A stretch of DNA of 64,000 nt, taken from contig OZ242260.1 of NCBI GenBank assembly GCA_965207065.1, positions 1,984,001 to 2,048,000 on the forward strand. The letters run 5' to 3'. The translations under genes were made by a program, and so were the position numbers. This document shows, in pieces, positions 1 through 7,599 of the stretch (position 1 is its first letter; each line of letters starts with the position of its first letter). The DNA comes from a bacterium. GTDB taxonomy: Bacteria; UBA8248. The notes below the pieces were generated by a model. It was not told the origin of the DNA, did not search any database, and saw only the letters and a list, made by a program, of their open reading frames with translations.

Positions 1-1
1 A

Positions 2-679
2 CGCCCGAAGATTCGGGAAGCCGGCGCGACGCTGATCTGCCAGGTCCAGACACTGAAAGACGCACGCGAAGCGGCGGCGAAGGGAGCCCAAATCATCGTC
101 GCCCAGGGCACGGAGGCCGGGGGCCACGGGGCCGAGCGCTCCACGCTGCCGCTCGTTCCGGCGGTCGCCGATGCGGTGGCGCCGATTCCGGTCGCGGCAG
201 CGGGCGGCATCGGTGATGGGCGCGGCCTGGCCGCCGCCCTGATGCTGGGCGCCGAGGCCGTCCTGATCGGCACCCGCTTCTTCGCCACGCGCGAAGCGCT
301 GGGCCATCCGAACCAGAAAGCGTTGATCGAGCGAACGGGCGGCGACCACACGCTGCGCACCAAGGCCTTCGACACGGCCCGCGGCGTCACCTGGCCGGAG
401 CCCTACACCGGACGCGCCATCCGCAACGCATTCGCCGAATCCTGGCATGGCCGCGACGACGAACTGCGGGAGCAGAACCCATCGATGCGCGAGCGCTTCT
501 TCGAGGCGCTGCGCGGGGGGGATACGGATATGGCGGCCACCTTCGCCGGCGAGGGGCTGGACCTGATAACCGACCGCCCGGGCGCGGGCGAACTGGTTGC
601 GCGGATCGCAGAAGAGGCGATAGACGCGCTCTCCAGGGCGCAAAGCCGTTTTCCGGGCCTGGACCCGGCTGGAGGCTGA
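2..679 (+). CDS. Nitronate monooxygenase / 2-nitropropane dioxygenase family flavoprotein (5' end lies outside the window)
   Basis: The frame is open from base 2 (RPKIREAGATLICQVQ...IVAQGTEAGGHG...). It has the motifs AQGxEAGGH, VAAAGGIGDGRG and AVLIGTRF, typical of the NMO family. Confidence 0.88.
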   Translation, partial: RPKIREAGATLICQVQTLKDAREAAAKGAQIIVAQGTEAGGHGAERSTLPLVPAVADAVAPIPVAAAGGIGDGRGLAAALMLGAEAVLIGTRFFATREALGHPNQKALIERTGGDHTLRTKAFDTARGVTWPEPYTGRAIRNAFAESWHGRDDELREQNPSMRERFFEALRGGDTDMAATFAGEGLDLITDRPGAGELVARIAEEAIDALSRAQSRFPGLDPAGG

Positions 680-833
680 TGGAAGGTTTCATTCGCCGCG
701 CGTCATACCAGCGCGCCATTCGCTGTTCATGCCGGCATTGACCCCGCGTCGGGTTTCGCGAGGGGAAGGCCCGATGAAAAAGGCTTTGAGTGGGTAAAGG
801 CAACCTCCTTGAAAGAGAAATCCCATAAACTCA

Positions 834-975
834 ACCCCCCTTACTCCCCCTTGTCAGGGGTCAAACGCGAGTGAGGAACGAGCGTTTGCATAAGCCATTG
901 ACGAGAAACGCATCGGCTCGCAAAACCTCCTTCTTCGGTCGGTTTTGACCCTGACAAGGGGGGGTAGGGGGGGGT
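834..975. repeat. Imperfect ~33-bp inverted repeat pair enclosing ~75 bp (REP-doublet/MITE-like)
   Basis: ACCCCCCTTACTCCCCCTTGTCAGGGGTCAAAC (834-866) pairs with GTTTTGACCCTGACAAGGGGGGGTAGGGGGGGGT (942-975), between convergent genes. Confidence 0.7.
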
Positions 976-981
976 GCTTTT

Positions 982-1032
982 GTAGGGACAGGCACGGGGG
1001 CCGGACAATCCCGATAAGGGTCGTCCGGCTAC
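982..1032. repeat. GTAG-type REP-like elements
   Basis: GTAGGGACAGGCACGG (982-997) matches the family at 46565/46735/50248. It is followed by the hairpin GCCGGAC...GTCCGGC-TAC ending at 1032. Confidence 0.6.
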
Positions 1033-1166
1033 GGCCACTTGCGTCCATTCCTCCTTTATCGGACTTTTTCAACAATCCCCGGCAGAGGATGCGCCGGGAG
1101 ATATCAAGCATTTGACGGACGGGCGCCGCCGGCAGCGCGCCAGGGCGACCCGCCATTCGCTCCGGA

Positions 1167-2156
1167 TCAAGGCCGCCGGCTTCGCCCCGGGTTTCCGAAA
1201 GATTCGCTCAGTGCGGTGAAGATTCCCTCGAGCGACCCCCGGCTGCCGTCGGTTTCCGTGAACTCGGCCAGGCTGGTTCCCGCCACGAGGCGGGGATTTC
1301 CCTCGCCGTCGGGCCGGTTCGAGAACCGCCCCTCCCAGGAACCGCCCGATTGCGCCACGCTGCGTCCCGGATGCGCGACCCGCACGTCGGCGGCGCGGAA
1401 GGCGCCGCCCCGCGTGAAGGGCGTGGGGCCGAGATGCACCTCGTAGTCGGTGGGAGTGGCCGCCGGGGGTTCGCCCTGCCTCCACCCCAGGGCGAGCCGC
1501 AGATGAGAGCGCCCGATTTCGATGTCTCCCGTGCAGCCGATGCAGCCCTGAATCGTATTGCTGGAAAAGTCCGCTAGGAGGTTGATGACGCCCTGGACCT
1601 CTTCAAACACCTCGGTTCCTGCGAGCTGCCCCCAACCGCTCCCGTACTGGTAGGCGTAGAGTCCGCCCGAGGTACCGGTGTAGGTCGCCGCTCCCGATAC
1701 GGGCATCCGGGGTGGGTTGGAGGTGTCGAGTTCCGTGCCCTCGACGAATATGCCTCTCTCGGACGCGAAAACGGGAAAGCGCGGATAGCGGGGCCGCCCC
1801 TCGAACTGGAGCCACCACCCGGCGACCAGATAGTCGGTCTGCACGTCGTTGTCCCAGTTGAGGAGCGCGTAAACGATGGTGGTGTTTTCGCTCGTTCTGT
1901 TGAAAAGCGTCCAGAAGCGCCCGGAGTGGTCGGGCAGGGCCGGCGTGACGGATGAGGAATACGCAGCGTCCCTGGCCGTGTTGAGCCTGAGCGTGCGCCC
2001 GTCCGCCGGCGTCACTTCCACGTCGAGGACCCGGCCGTCGAACCGGGTGACCCTTTTGAAGTCCACCCGGTCCTCTCCGGCGAAACCGCCGCCCCCGCCC
2101 CCGGCGCAGCCCAGGACAAGGAATGCCGACAGGATCAGAATAAAATGGCGCATCAT
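1167..2156 (-). CDS. Predicted surface lipoprotein with a TbpB/transferrin-binding-like C-terminal beta-barrel
   Basis: RBS GGAAGGAG precedes ATG at 2156. Lipobox LVLG-C is followed by poly-Gly. The C-terminal half has MPVSGAATYTG, LLADFSSNTIQG, GSWEGRF and LVAGT...GIFTA, the pattern of TbpB-like barrels. Confidence 0.6.
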   Translation of the reverse strand: MMRHFILILSAFLVLGCAGGGGGGFAGEDRVDFKRVTRFDGRVLDVEVTPADGRTLRLNTARDAAYSSSVTPALPDHSGRFWTLFNRTSENTTIVYALLNWDNDVQTDYLVAGWWLQFEGRPRYPRFPVFASERGIFVEGTELDTSNPPRMPVSGAATYTGTSGGLYAYQYGSGWGQLAGTEVFEEVQGVINLLADFSSNTIQGCIGCTGDIEIGRSHLRLALGWRQGEPPAATPTDYEVHLGPTPFTRGGAFRAADVRVAHPGRSVAQSGGSWEGRFSNRPDGEGNPRLVAGTSLAEFTETDGSRGSLEGIFTALSESFGNPGRSRRP

Positions 2157-2476
2157 GACGAAACTCTCCTTCCGGACGGGCGATTTCAGCACACCGGCTT
2201 CCACATCCACGCCTTGGCTTGCTGGATGGACTGGATATTCTCATGCGTTCTGTCGTTCGTGCCGCAACTTTGCTGATCCTGAAACGATAACAGGATGACA
2301 GGCGCGAAGTCACCACCCTGATTCACGGCGCGCCAGTAAGACGTTTCCTCCCATCGGCCGGGATTGAACGCAGGGGAGAACCTGTCGTTTCGCTCCCGAC
2401 AAAAACCACGATCTTCTCCTTGGCAGGCCGACACCCCGCAATTGCCCGCATTTCCCGTAAGTGTCTTTCAGGGAGA

Positions 2477-2910
2477 CTCCTGTAGCCTTTTATGCGGGCA
2501 GGGCCTGCGGGGCGCCGAGTCTCTCGCAGCCTCTGATATGGGCGATCCTGGTGGCGCATCCTCGCTTCTCGCAGCCTTTGATGCGGGCGGGCCGGGTGGA
2601 AGCCCGTATCGCTCGCGGCCTTTTCTACGGGCGGACCCTGCGGGGCGTTCACGCTTCACGCAGTCTTTGAGGAAGGCGGGCCCGACAGACGCACGTATCG
2701 CTCGCGGCCTTTCAGGCGGAATCGGAGTCGATGAAATGAGGAAATCTCCCGAAGTCGTTCATATGGGCAGACCCGGCGGCGCGTCCTCGTATTTCGCAGC
2801 CATTCATACGGGCAGACCTGGCGGGGAGTTCGCGCTTTTCACAGCCATTCATACGGGCAGGCCCGTCAGCGCGTTCGCGTATTTCGCAGCCTCGTATGCG
2901 GGCGGTATGG
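2477..2910. repeat. Degenerate tandem array, 10 units of 44-47 bp
   Basis: A GCAGCC-like core occurs at 2482, 2526, 2571, 2615, 2660, 2704, 2751, 2796, 2841 and 2886. Approximate consensus: TCGCAGCCWTTNATRCGGGCRGRCCYGGCGG. Confidence 0.8.
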
Positions 2911-3216
2911 AGCAAACGGCCAGGAATCGCGAATTGTCGGGAAAATCGATAAATATCGATAAATTCACGGGGTTTTTCGATAAATTACTGAAAGGGATGC
3001 GCCCTGTAAATGGTTGTAATCAAAAGAGTTGCCATATAAACCTGAGCGAAGTGCACTCAGATCCGGCGATAAAATAAGTTTTTCGCCTCCCGCGCATTTG
3101 CCCGCAACTGCCCGTATTTCCTCTCGCACCGCATGACTCCGCAAACCCTCCCCGGTCGGCGAACGCCCGCTCCTCACTCGCGTTTGACCCGCCATTGCGC
3201 GCAATTGTCCGAGGCG

Positions 3217-4185
3217 CTACTTGCGGATGGTGCCGAAGCTGAAGCCTGTGATGAGGTGCTTCTGGATCAGGACGCCTAGCATAACCACGGGGATGGTAAT
3301 GACGGTTCCTATGGCCGCCTGCGGTCCGTAGAGCCTCCCCTCCACCGCGCTCTGGAACTTGTTGAGCAGGATGGGCAGCGTGACGACCCTCGGCTGGGTC
3401 AGCGTCAGCGCGAGCAGGAACTCGCTCCAGTTCAGGATGAAGATGAACAGGAATGTCACCACCATGCCCGGAGCGACCAGGGGCATCACGACGCGGCGAA
3501 GCGTGTAGATGCGGCCCGCGCCCATGATTTGCGCGGCGTGTTCGATGGTCTTGGGAATCTCCTCGATGAAGTTCAGCATCATCCAGATGACGAACGGCAG
3601 CGTGGTCGCTATGTAGAGAAGGCACAGGCCGGTGTAGGAGTCGATCATGCTGATCCGGTAGCCGAGAACCGTCTGGGTCGCGAACGGAATCATTATGGCG
3701 TAGTACATCACGACGGGAATCGCGATGATGATGGGCGGCACCATGCGGATGGTCAGGATCATGTAGCGGAAATACTTTCCGCCCACGTTGAAGCGCGATA
3801 TCGAGTAGGCCAGAAACGCGCCCAGCAGGAGCGCGAGCAGCGCGCTGATAGATGAGACGACCATAGAATCGCGCACCGCCCCCCAGATCGTGAAGACATG
3901 CTCGAGAACATCGCGGTTGAGGCGATCGCCGTGTCCGAACATGCTGAAAATCAGTCGGTAGTTGTCCAGGGTGGGTTCGTATCCCCCGCCGATGAAGGAC
4001 GGGAACCAGTTCGGCGGCCAGGTCAACCAGTCGCCCGAATCCTTGAAGGAAGTCGATATCATCCAGAAGATCGGGAACATGATCATGATCGCCCAGAGCA
4101 ACAGCGCGGCATGGCGGAACCAGAAGAAGAGGTTGTAGCGCTTGGCGAAGGACATCTCCGCGCGCCTGTCGGCCTCGTTCGTCAT
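3217..4185 (-). CDS. Carbohydrate ABC transporter permease (MalG-like), duplicate copy
   Basis: 322 aa with EAA loop EIPKTIEHAAQIMGA and FILNWSEF. Nearly identical to 5594..6562. Confidence 0.9.
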   Translation of the reverse strand: MTNEADRRAEMSFAKRYNLFFWFRHAALLLWAIMIMFPIFWMISTSFKDSGDWLTWPPNWFPSFIGGGYEPTLDNYRLIFSMFGHGDRLNRDVLEHVFTIWGAVRDSMVVSSISALLALLLGAFLAYSISRFNVGGKYFRYMILTIRMVPPIIIAIPVVMYYAIMIPFATQTVLGYRISMIDSYTGLCLLYIATTLPFVIWMMLNFIEEIPKTIEHAAQIMGAGRIYTLRRVVMPLVAPGMVVTFLFIFILNWSEFLLALTLTQPRVVTLPILLNKFQSAVEGRLYGPQAAIGTVITIPVVMLGVLIQKHLITGFSFGTIRK

Positions 4186-4353
4186 CTCATTCCCTCCTCT
4201 CGGGCGATGGACCGCTCCCGCACGAGCAGATAAATCCTATAATTTATCAATGTTCCGAACATAAGGGCAACAGGTTCGAGGCGGTCGCGCCGAAGCCGTA
4301 CCTGTCGAGCTGCCGGACATGCCACCAGAGGACGAAGGCGATGATCTCGGTCG
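4182..4353 (-). pseudogene. 3' remnant of the MalF-like permease
   Basis: IYLLVRERSIAREEGMR matches IYLLVRERSIVEEERMG of 6559..7509. The DNA aligns with indels to ~6559-6733. Confidence 0.8.
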
Positions 4354-4355
4354 TA

Positions 4356-4456
4356 GAAACAGTGCGAGATATTGGAGCACGATGCCCAGGCCGCGACCGC
4401 CCGGCTCAAGATGTTCACCACGCGCTCGCCGATCATGATCGACCCGCTCGTGGGTC
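4356..4456 (-). pseudogene. Internal remnant of the MalK-like ATPase
   Basis: PTSGSIMIGERVVN/LEPGGRGLGIVLQYLALF matches PTSGTMLIGDRVVNHLEPGDRGLGMVFQDLALF at ~10051-10151, with one frameshift. Confidence 0.8.
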
Positions 4457-4524
4457 GAGCCGCGTAGGCGCATCCCGCTCATGTCGCGCCACTTCCGCCT
4501 TGAGCGACAGAGCGTCCTTCGCCT

Positions 4525-4723
4525 GCCCGGCGGCCTTCCTGCCCGTTTCCTTTTCGTTCACCCCGTTGATGAACCTCACGTCGGTGTTCACGTCCGCCAG
4601 ATGAAGGAAGCCGCGTAGCCGGCGCCATCGCTTCTCGGCGCCCATGGCGAGCTGGTGAACCAGACTCAGCGCCGACTTCTCGCTCAGGCAGTTCCTCGTC
4701 TTCGCCGTTCGCAGCCGGATGGT
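4525..4723 (-). mobile_element. IS256-family transposase C-terminal remnant
   Basis: TIRLRTAKTRNCLSEKSALSLVHQLAMGAEKRWRRLRGFLHLADV...VRFINGV resembles the characteristic IS256 (Mutator-type) C-terminus. The catalytic core is absent. Confidence 0.75.
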
Positions 4724-4725
4724 AA

Positions 4726-5368
4726 CTCGTCTACCCGCCCGGCGCACCCATTAGGGAATTCGAAGTCGCCACGCGCGGCGTCTTTCTCGATGGCCCGGAA
4801 CTCGTCCCTGCCAGACCGCCCGACCTCCCACTGACCGGCACGGCCACCTACGTCGGCGGTTCCGGCGACCTGTACACGTACAACTACGGCCGCAACTGGG
4901 GCGAGTTGGCCGGTTCCACCGAGTACACGGAATTCCAGGGGCCTATTCGTTGACCGCCGACTTCGCCAACAAGCGCATCACCGGTTGCCTGGGGTGTATC
5001 GAGCAGATCGGGATCGACCCCGGTCTCCACCTCTATCCGGCCGTGCCCTGGCAGGGTCCCGAGCCTGCGGCGTTGCCGGCCGATTACGACCTGCAATTTT
5101 CCGCATCCTTTGACGCTAAAGGCGCGTTCGAGAGCAGCGAGGTCACCGTCACCCATCCCGAACGCACGATTACGACCTCCGCCGGGACTTGACGCGGCCA
5201 GTTCTCGAACGTGCCGGATGCTGACGGCAACCCACGCCGCGTAGTCGGCTCGACCGATGTTCACTTGCCGAGCGCGACGGTTCGAGCGGAAAATTTACGG
5301 GCATTTTCGTTGCACTTACGCCCACATCGCTCACACCCGGTGACGACAGCGCGGTCAAAGCGGACTGA
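4726..5368 (+). pseudogene. 5'-truncated, frameshifted paralogue of the 1167..2156 lipoprotein
   Basis: Reads RGVFLDGPEL...LPLTGTATYVGGSG...; frameshift ~4948; LTADFANKRITGCLGC; in-frame TGA at 5190-5192 replacing W; GQFSNVPDADGNPRRVVG; frameshift ~5266; DGSSGKFTGIFVAL. Confidence 0.85.
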
Positions 5369-5593
5369 CGTACGCCCCCGCGCCTGGAATTCATCCGCGC
5401 ACTCGCCCGGGGCGGTGTTCCCGTATTCTCCGGATGAGGGGAGATGCTGCATGGGTGGAGGCTGGAAACGCCCTCGCGCAAGGCAGGAAGAATTCGTCAT
5501 AAATATGAGCGTCCCGCATTCAAATGTGTGCCCAAAAAGAAGTTTTCCGACTCCTCCGCAATTGTGCGAATTCGCCCGCATTGGCGTGAGGCG

Positions 5594-6562
5594 CTACTTG
5601 CGGATGGTGCCGAAGCTGAATCCCGTGATGAGGTGCTTCTGGATGAGGACGCCGAGGATGACCACGGGAATGGTGATGACGGTCCCAATCGCAGCCTGCG
5701 GCCCGTAGAGCCTCCCCTCCATCGCGCTCTGGAACTTGTTGAGCAGGATGGGCAGCGTGATGACTCTCGGCTGGGTGAGCGTCAGCGCGAGCAGGAACTC
5801 GCTCCAGTTCAGGATGAAGATGAAGAGAAAAGTCACCACCATCCCCGGAGCGACTAGGGGCATGACCACGCGGCGCAGCGTGTAGATGCGCCCCGCGCCC
5901 ATGATTTGCGCGGCGTGTTCGATAGTCTTGGGAATCTCCTCGATGAAGTTCAGCATCATCCAGATGACGAACGGCAGCGTGGTCGCTATGTAGAGAAGGC
6001 ACAGGCCGGAGTAGGAGTCGATCATGCTGATCCGATAGTTGAGAACCGTCTGGGTGGCGAATGGAATCAGGATGGCGTAGTACATCACGACGGGAATCGC
6101 GATGATGATGGGCGGGACCATGCGGATAGTCAGAATCATGTAGCGGAAATACTTTCCGCCCACGTTGAAGCGCGATATCGAATAGGCCAGAAACGTGCCC
6201 AGCAGGAGCGCGAGCAGCGCGCTGATGGAGGAGACGACCATCGAATCGCGCACCGCCCCCCAGATCGTGAAAGCCTGCTCGGCGTACTCGCGGCTGAGGC
6301 CTTCGCCGTGCCCGACTATGCTGAAAATCTGCCGGTAGTTGTGCAGGGTGGGTTCGTATCCCCCGCCAACGAAGCTCGGGAACCAGTTTGGCGGCCAGGC
6401 CACCCAGTCGCCCGAATCCTTGAAGGAAGTCGATATCATCCAGAAGATTGGGAACATGATCATGATCGCCCAGAGCATAAGCGCTGCGTGGCGGAACCAG
6501 AAGAAGAGGTTGTAGCGCTTGGCGAAGGACATCTCCGCGCGCGCACCTGCGTCGTTCGTCAT
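5594..6562 (-). CDS. Carbohydrate ABC transporter permease (MalG-like)
   Basis: EAA motif present. ATG at 6562 overlaps the upstream stop (ATGA coupling). 322 aa. Confidence 0.92.
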   Translation of the reverse strand: MTNDAGARAEMSFAKRYNLFFWFRHAALMLWAIMIMFPIFWMISTSFKDSGDWVAWPPNWFPSFVGGGYEPTLHNYRQIFSIVGHGEGLSREYAEQAFTIWGAVRDSMVVSSISALLALLLGTFLAYSISRFNVGGKYFRYMILTIRMVPPIIIAIPVVMYYAILIPFATQTVLNYRISMIDSYSGLCLLYIATTLPFVIWMMLNFIEEIPKTIEHAAQIMGAGRIYTLRRVVMPLVAPGMVVTFLFIFILNWSEFLLALTLTQPRVITLPILLNKFQSAMEGRLYGPQAAIGTVITIPVVILGVLIQKHLITGFSFGTIRK

Positions 6563-7509
6563 CCCATTCGCTCCTCTTCGACGATGGATCGTTCCCGCAC
6601 GAGCAGATAAATGCCATAGAAGATGAGTGCCCCGAACATGAAGAGCAACAGAATCGAGGCGGCCGCGCCGAAGCTGTACTTGTTGAACTGCCACACCTGT
6701 CGCCAGAGGAAGAAAGCGATGGTTTCAGTCGAAGTACCCGGACCGCCGAAGGTGAGCAGTACGGACAGATCGAAGAGTTTGAGCGCCTCCATCGATCGGA
6801 TGATGATGGCGATCATGATCGCGGGCTTCAACAGCGGGAAATGGACTTTCCAGAATATCTGCCACCTGCTTGCTCCCAGAACGCGCGCGGCGTTGGTGAG
6901 TTGTTGTGGAAGCGCGGCGAAGCCCGAGAGAAATATCAGAAACGTGAGCGACGTCCACTGCCATACGTCGGCGAGGATGATCGCCCACTGCGCGGCGATG
7001 GGGTGCGAGAGCCAGCGGATACGGGGGTTTATGCCCATGGCTTCAGTGATTGGAGACAGAATCTGGTTGAGGGGTCCCGAGTCGATGTAGATCATCGAAA
7101 AGTTGTAGCCTCCCACGACCGGCACCACCATCATGGGGACCAGGAAAATGGTGATGTAGATACGCCTCCCCCGGAATTGCTTGTAAGCCAGCATGGCGAG
7201 AAGAAAACCGAAGAGCAACTCGAGCAGGACCGCCGTTCCCGCGAAGTAGAAAGTCCGCCCGAGCGCCCACCAGAAATCCTCAGTTGTGAGTACGCGGACG
7301 TAATTCAACAAGCCGTGAAAATAGGCCTGCTCGAAGGGCCGGTTGGCGCGCCATTTGAGCAGACTGATATAGATGGTGAGTATGAAGGGAACGGCGAGAA
7401 GCAGGAGGAAGGTCGCCTCCACCATGATGAACGGAATCAGGCGGAACACCTTCTCCTGCGACAGCCAGGCGGAGAGACTCTTGCGTTCTTTTATCGTTGC
7501 TTGGGCCAT
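6559..7509 (-). CDS. Carbohydrate ABC transporter permease (MalF-like)
   Basis: GLLNYVRVL, ADVWQWTS, EAA-like LTNAARVLGAS and GGPGTSTET. Confidence 0.92.
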   Translation of the reverse strand: MAQATIKERKSLSAWLSQEKVFRLIPFIMVEATFLLLLAVPFILTIYISLLKWRANRPFEQAYFHGLLNYVRVLTTEDFWWALGRTFYFAGTAVLLELLFGFLLAMLAYKQFRGRRIYITIFLVPMMVVPVVGGYNFSMIYIDSGPLNQILSPITEAMGINPRIRWLSHPIAAQWAIILADVWQWTSLTFLIFLSGFAALPQQLTNAARVLGASRWQIFWKVHFPLLKPAIMIAIIIRSMEALKLFDLSVLLTFGGPGTSTETIAFFLWRQVWQFNKYSFGAAASILLLFMFGALIFYGIYLLVRERSIVEEERMG

Positions 7510-7599
7510 CTTGTCTTCGTCTTCATTCGGGTCAACGCGTATCGCGCGGGGCGCCCGCCCCGGCGTTGCCGCCGGAGCAGGCGCTCTTGTGCGCGGTGT

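Noticed and set aside
2477-2910. CRISPR or TIGR-like guide array
   Set aside because: The inter-core segments are homologous to each other rather than unique spacers, the cores are degenerate, the ~45-bp period is too short for CRISPR, and no cas or Nop-domain gene is in the window.
2364-3077. 237-aa ORF over the array as a real gene
   Set aside because: TTG start without a clear RBS. The repeat phase shifts relative to the frame, and the ORF runs through the AT-rich tract.
4433-4747. Active IS element
   Set aside because: Only ~65 C-terminal codons remain. No DDE core or terminal inverted repeats were identified.
5190-5192. In-frame TGA as recoding (Sec/Trp)
   Set aside because: It lies in a fragment that also has two frameshifts and a truncation, and TGA is used as a normal stop throughout the window.
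1167-5368. Invertible (shufflon-like) segment between oppositely oriented lipoprotein copies
   Set aside because: No recombinase and no identical inverted crossover sites were seen, and the second copy is degraded.
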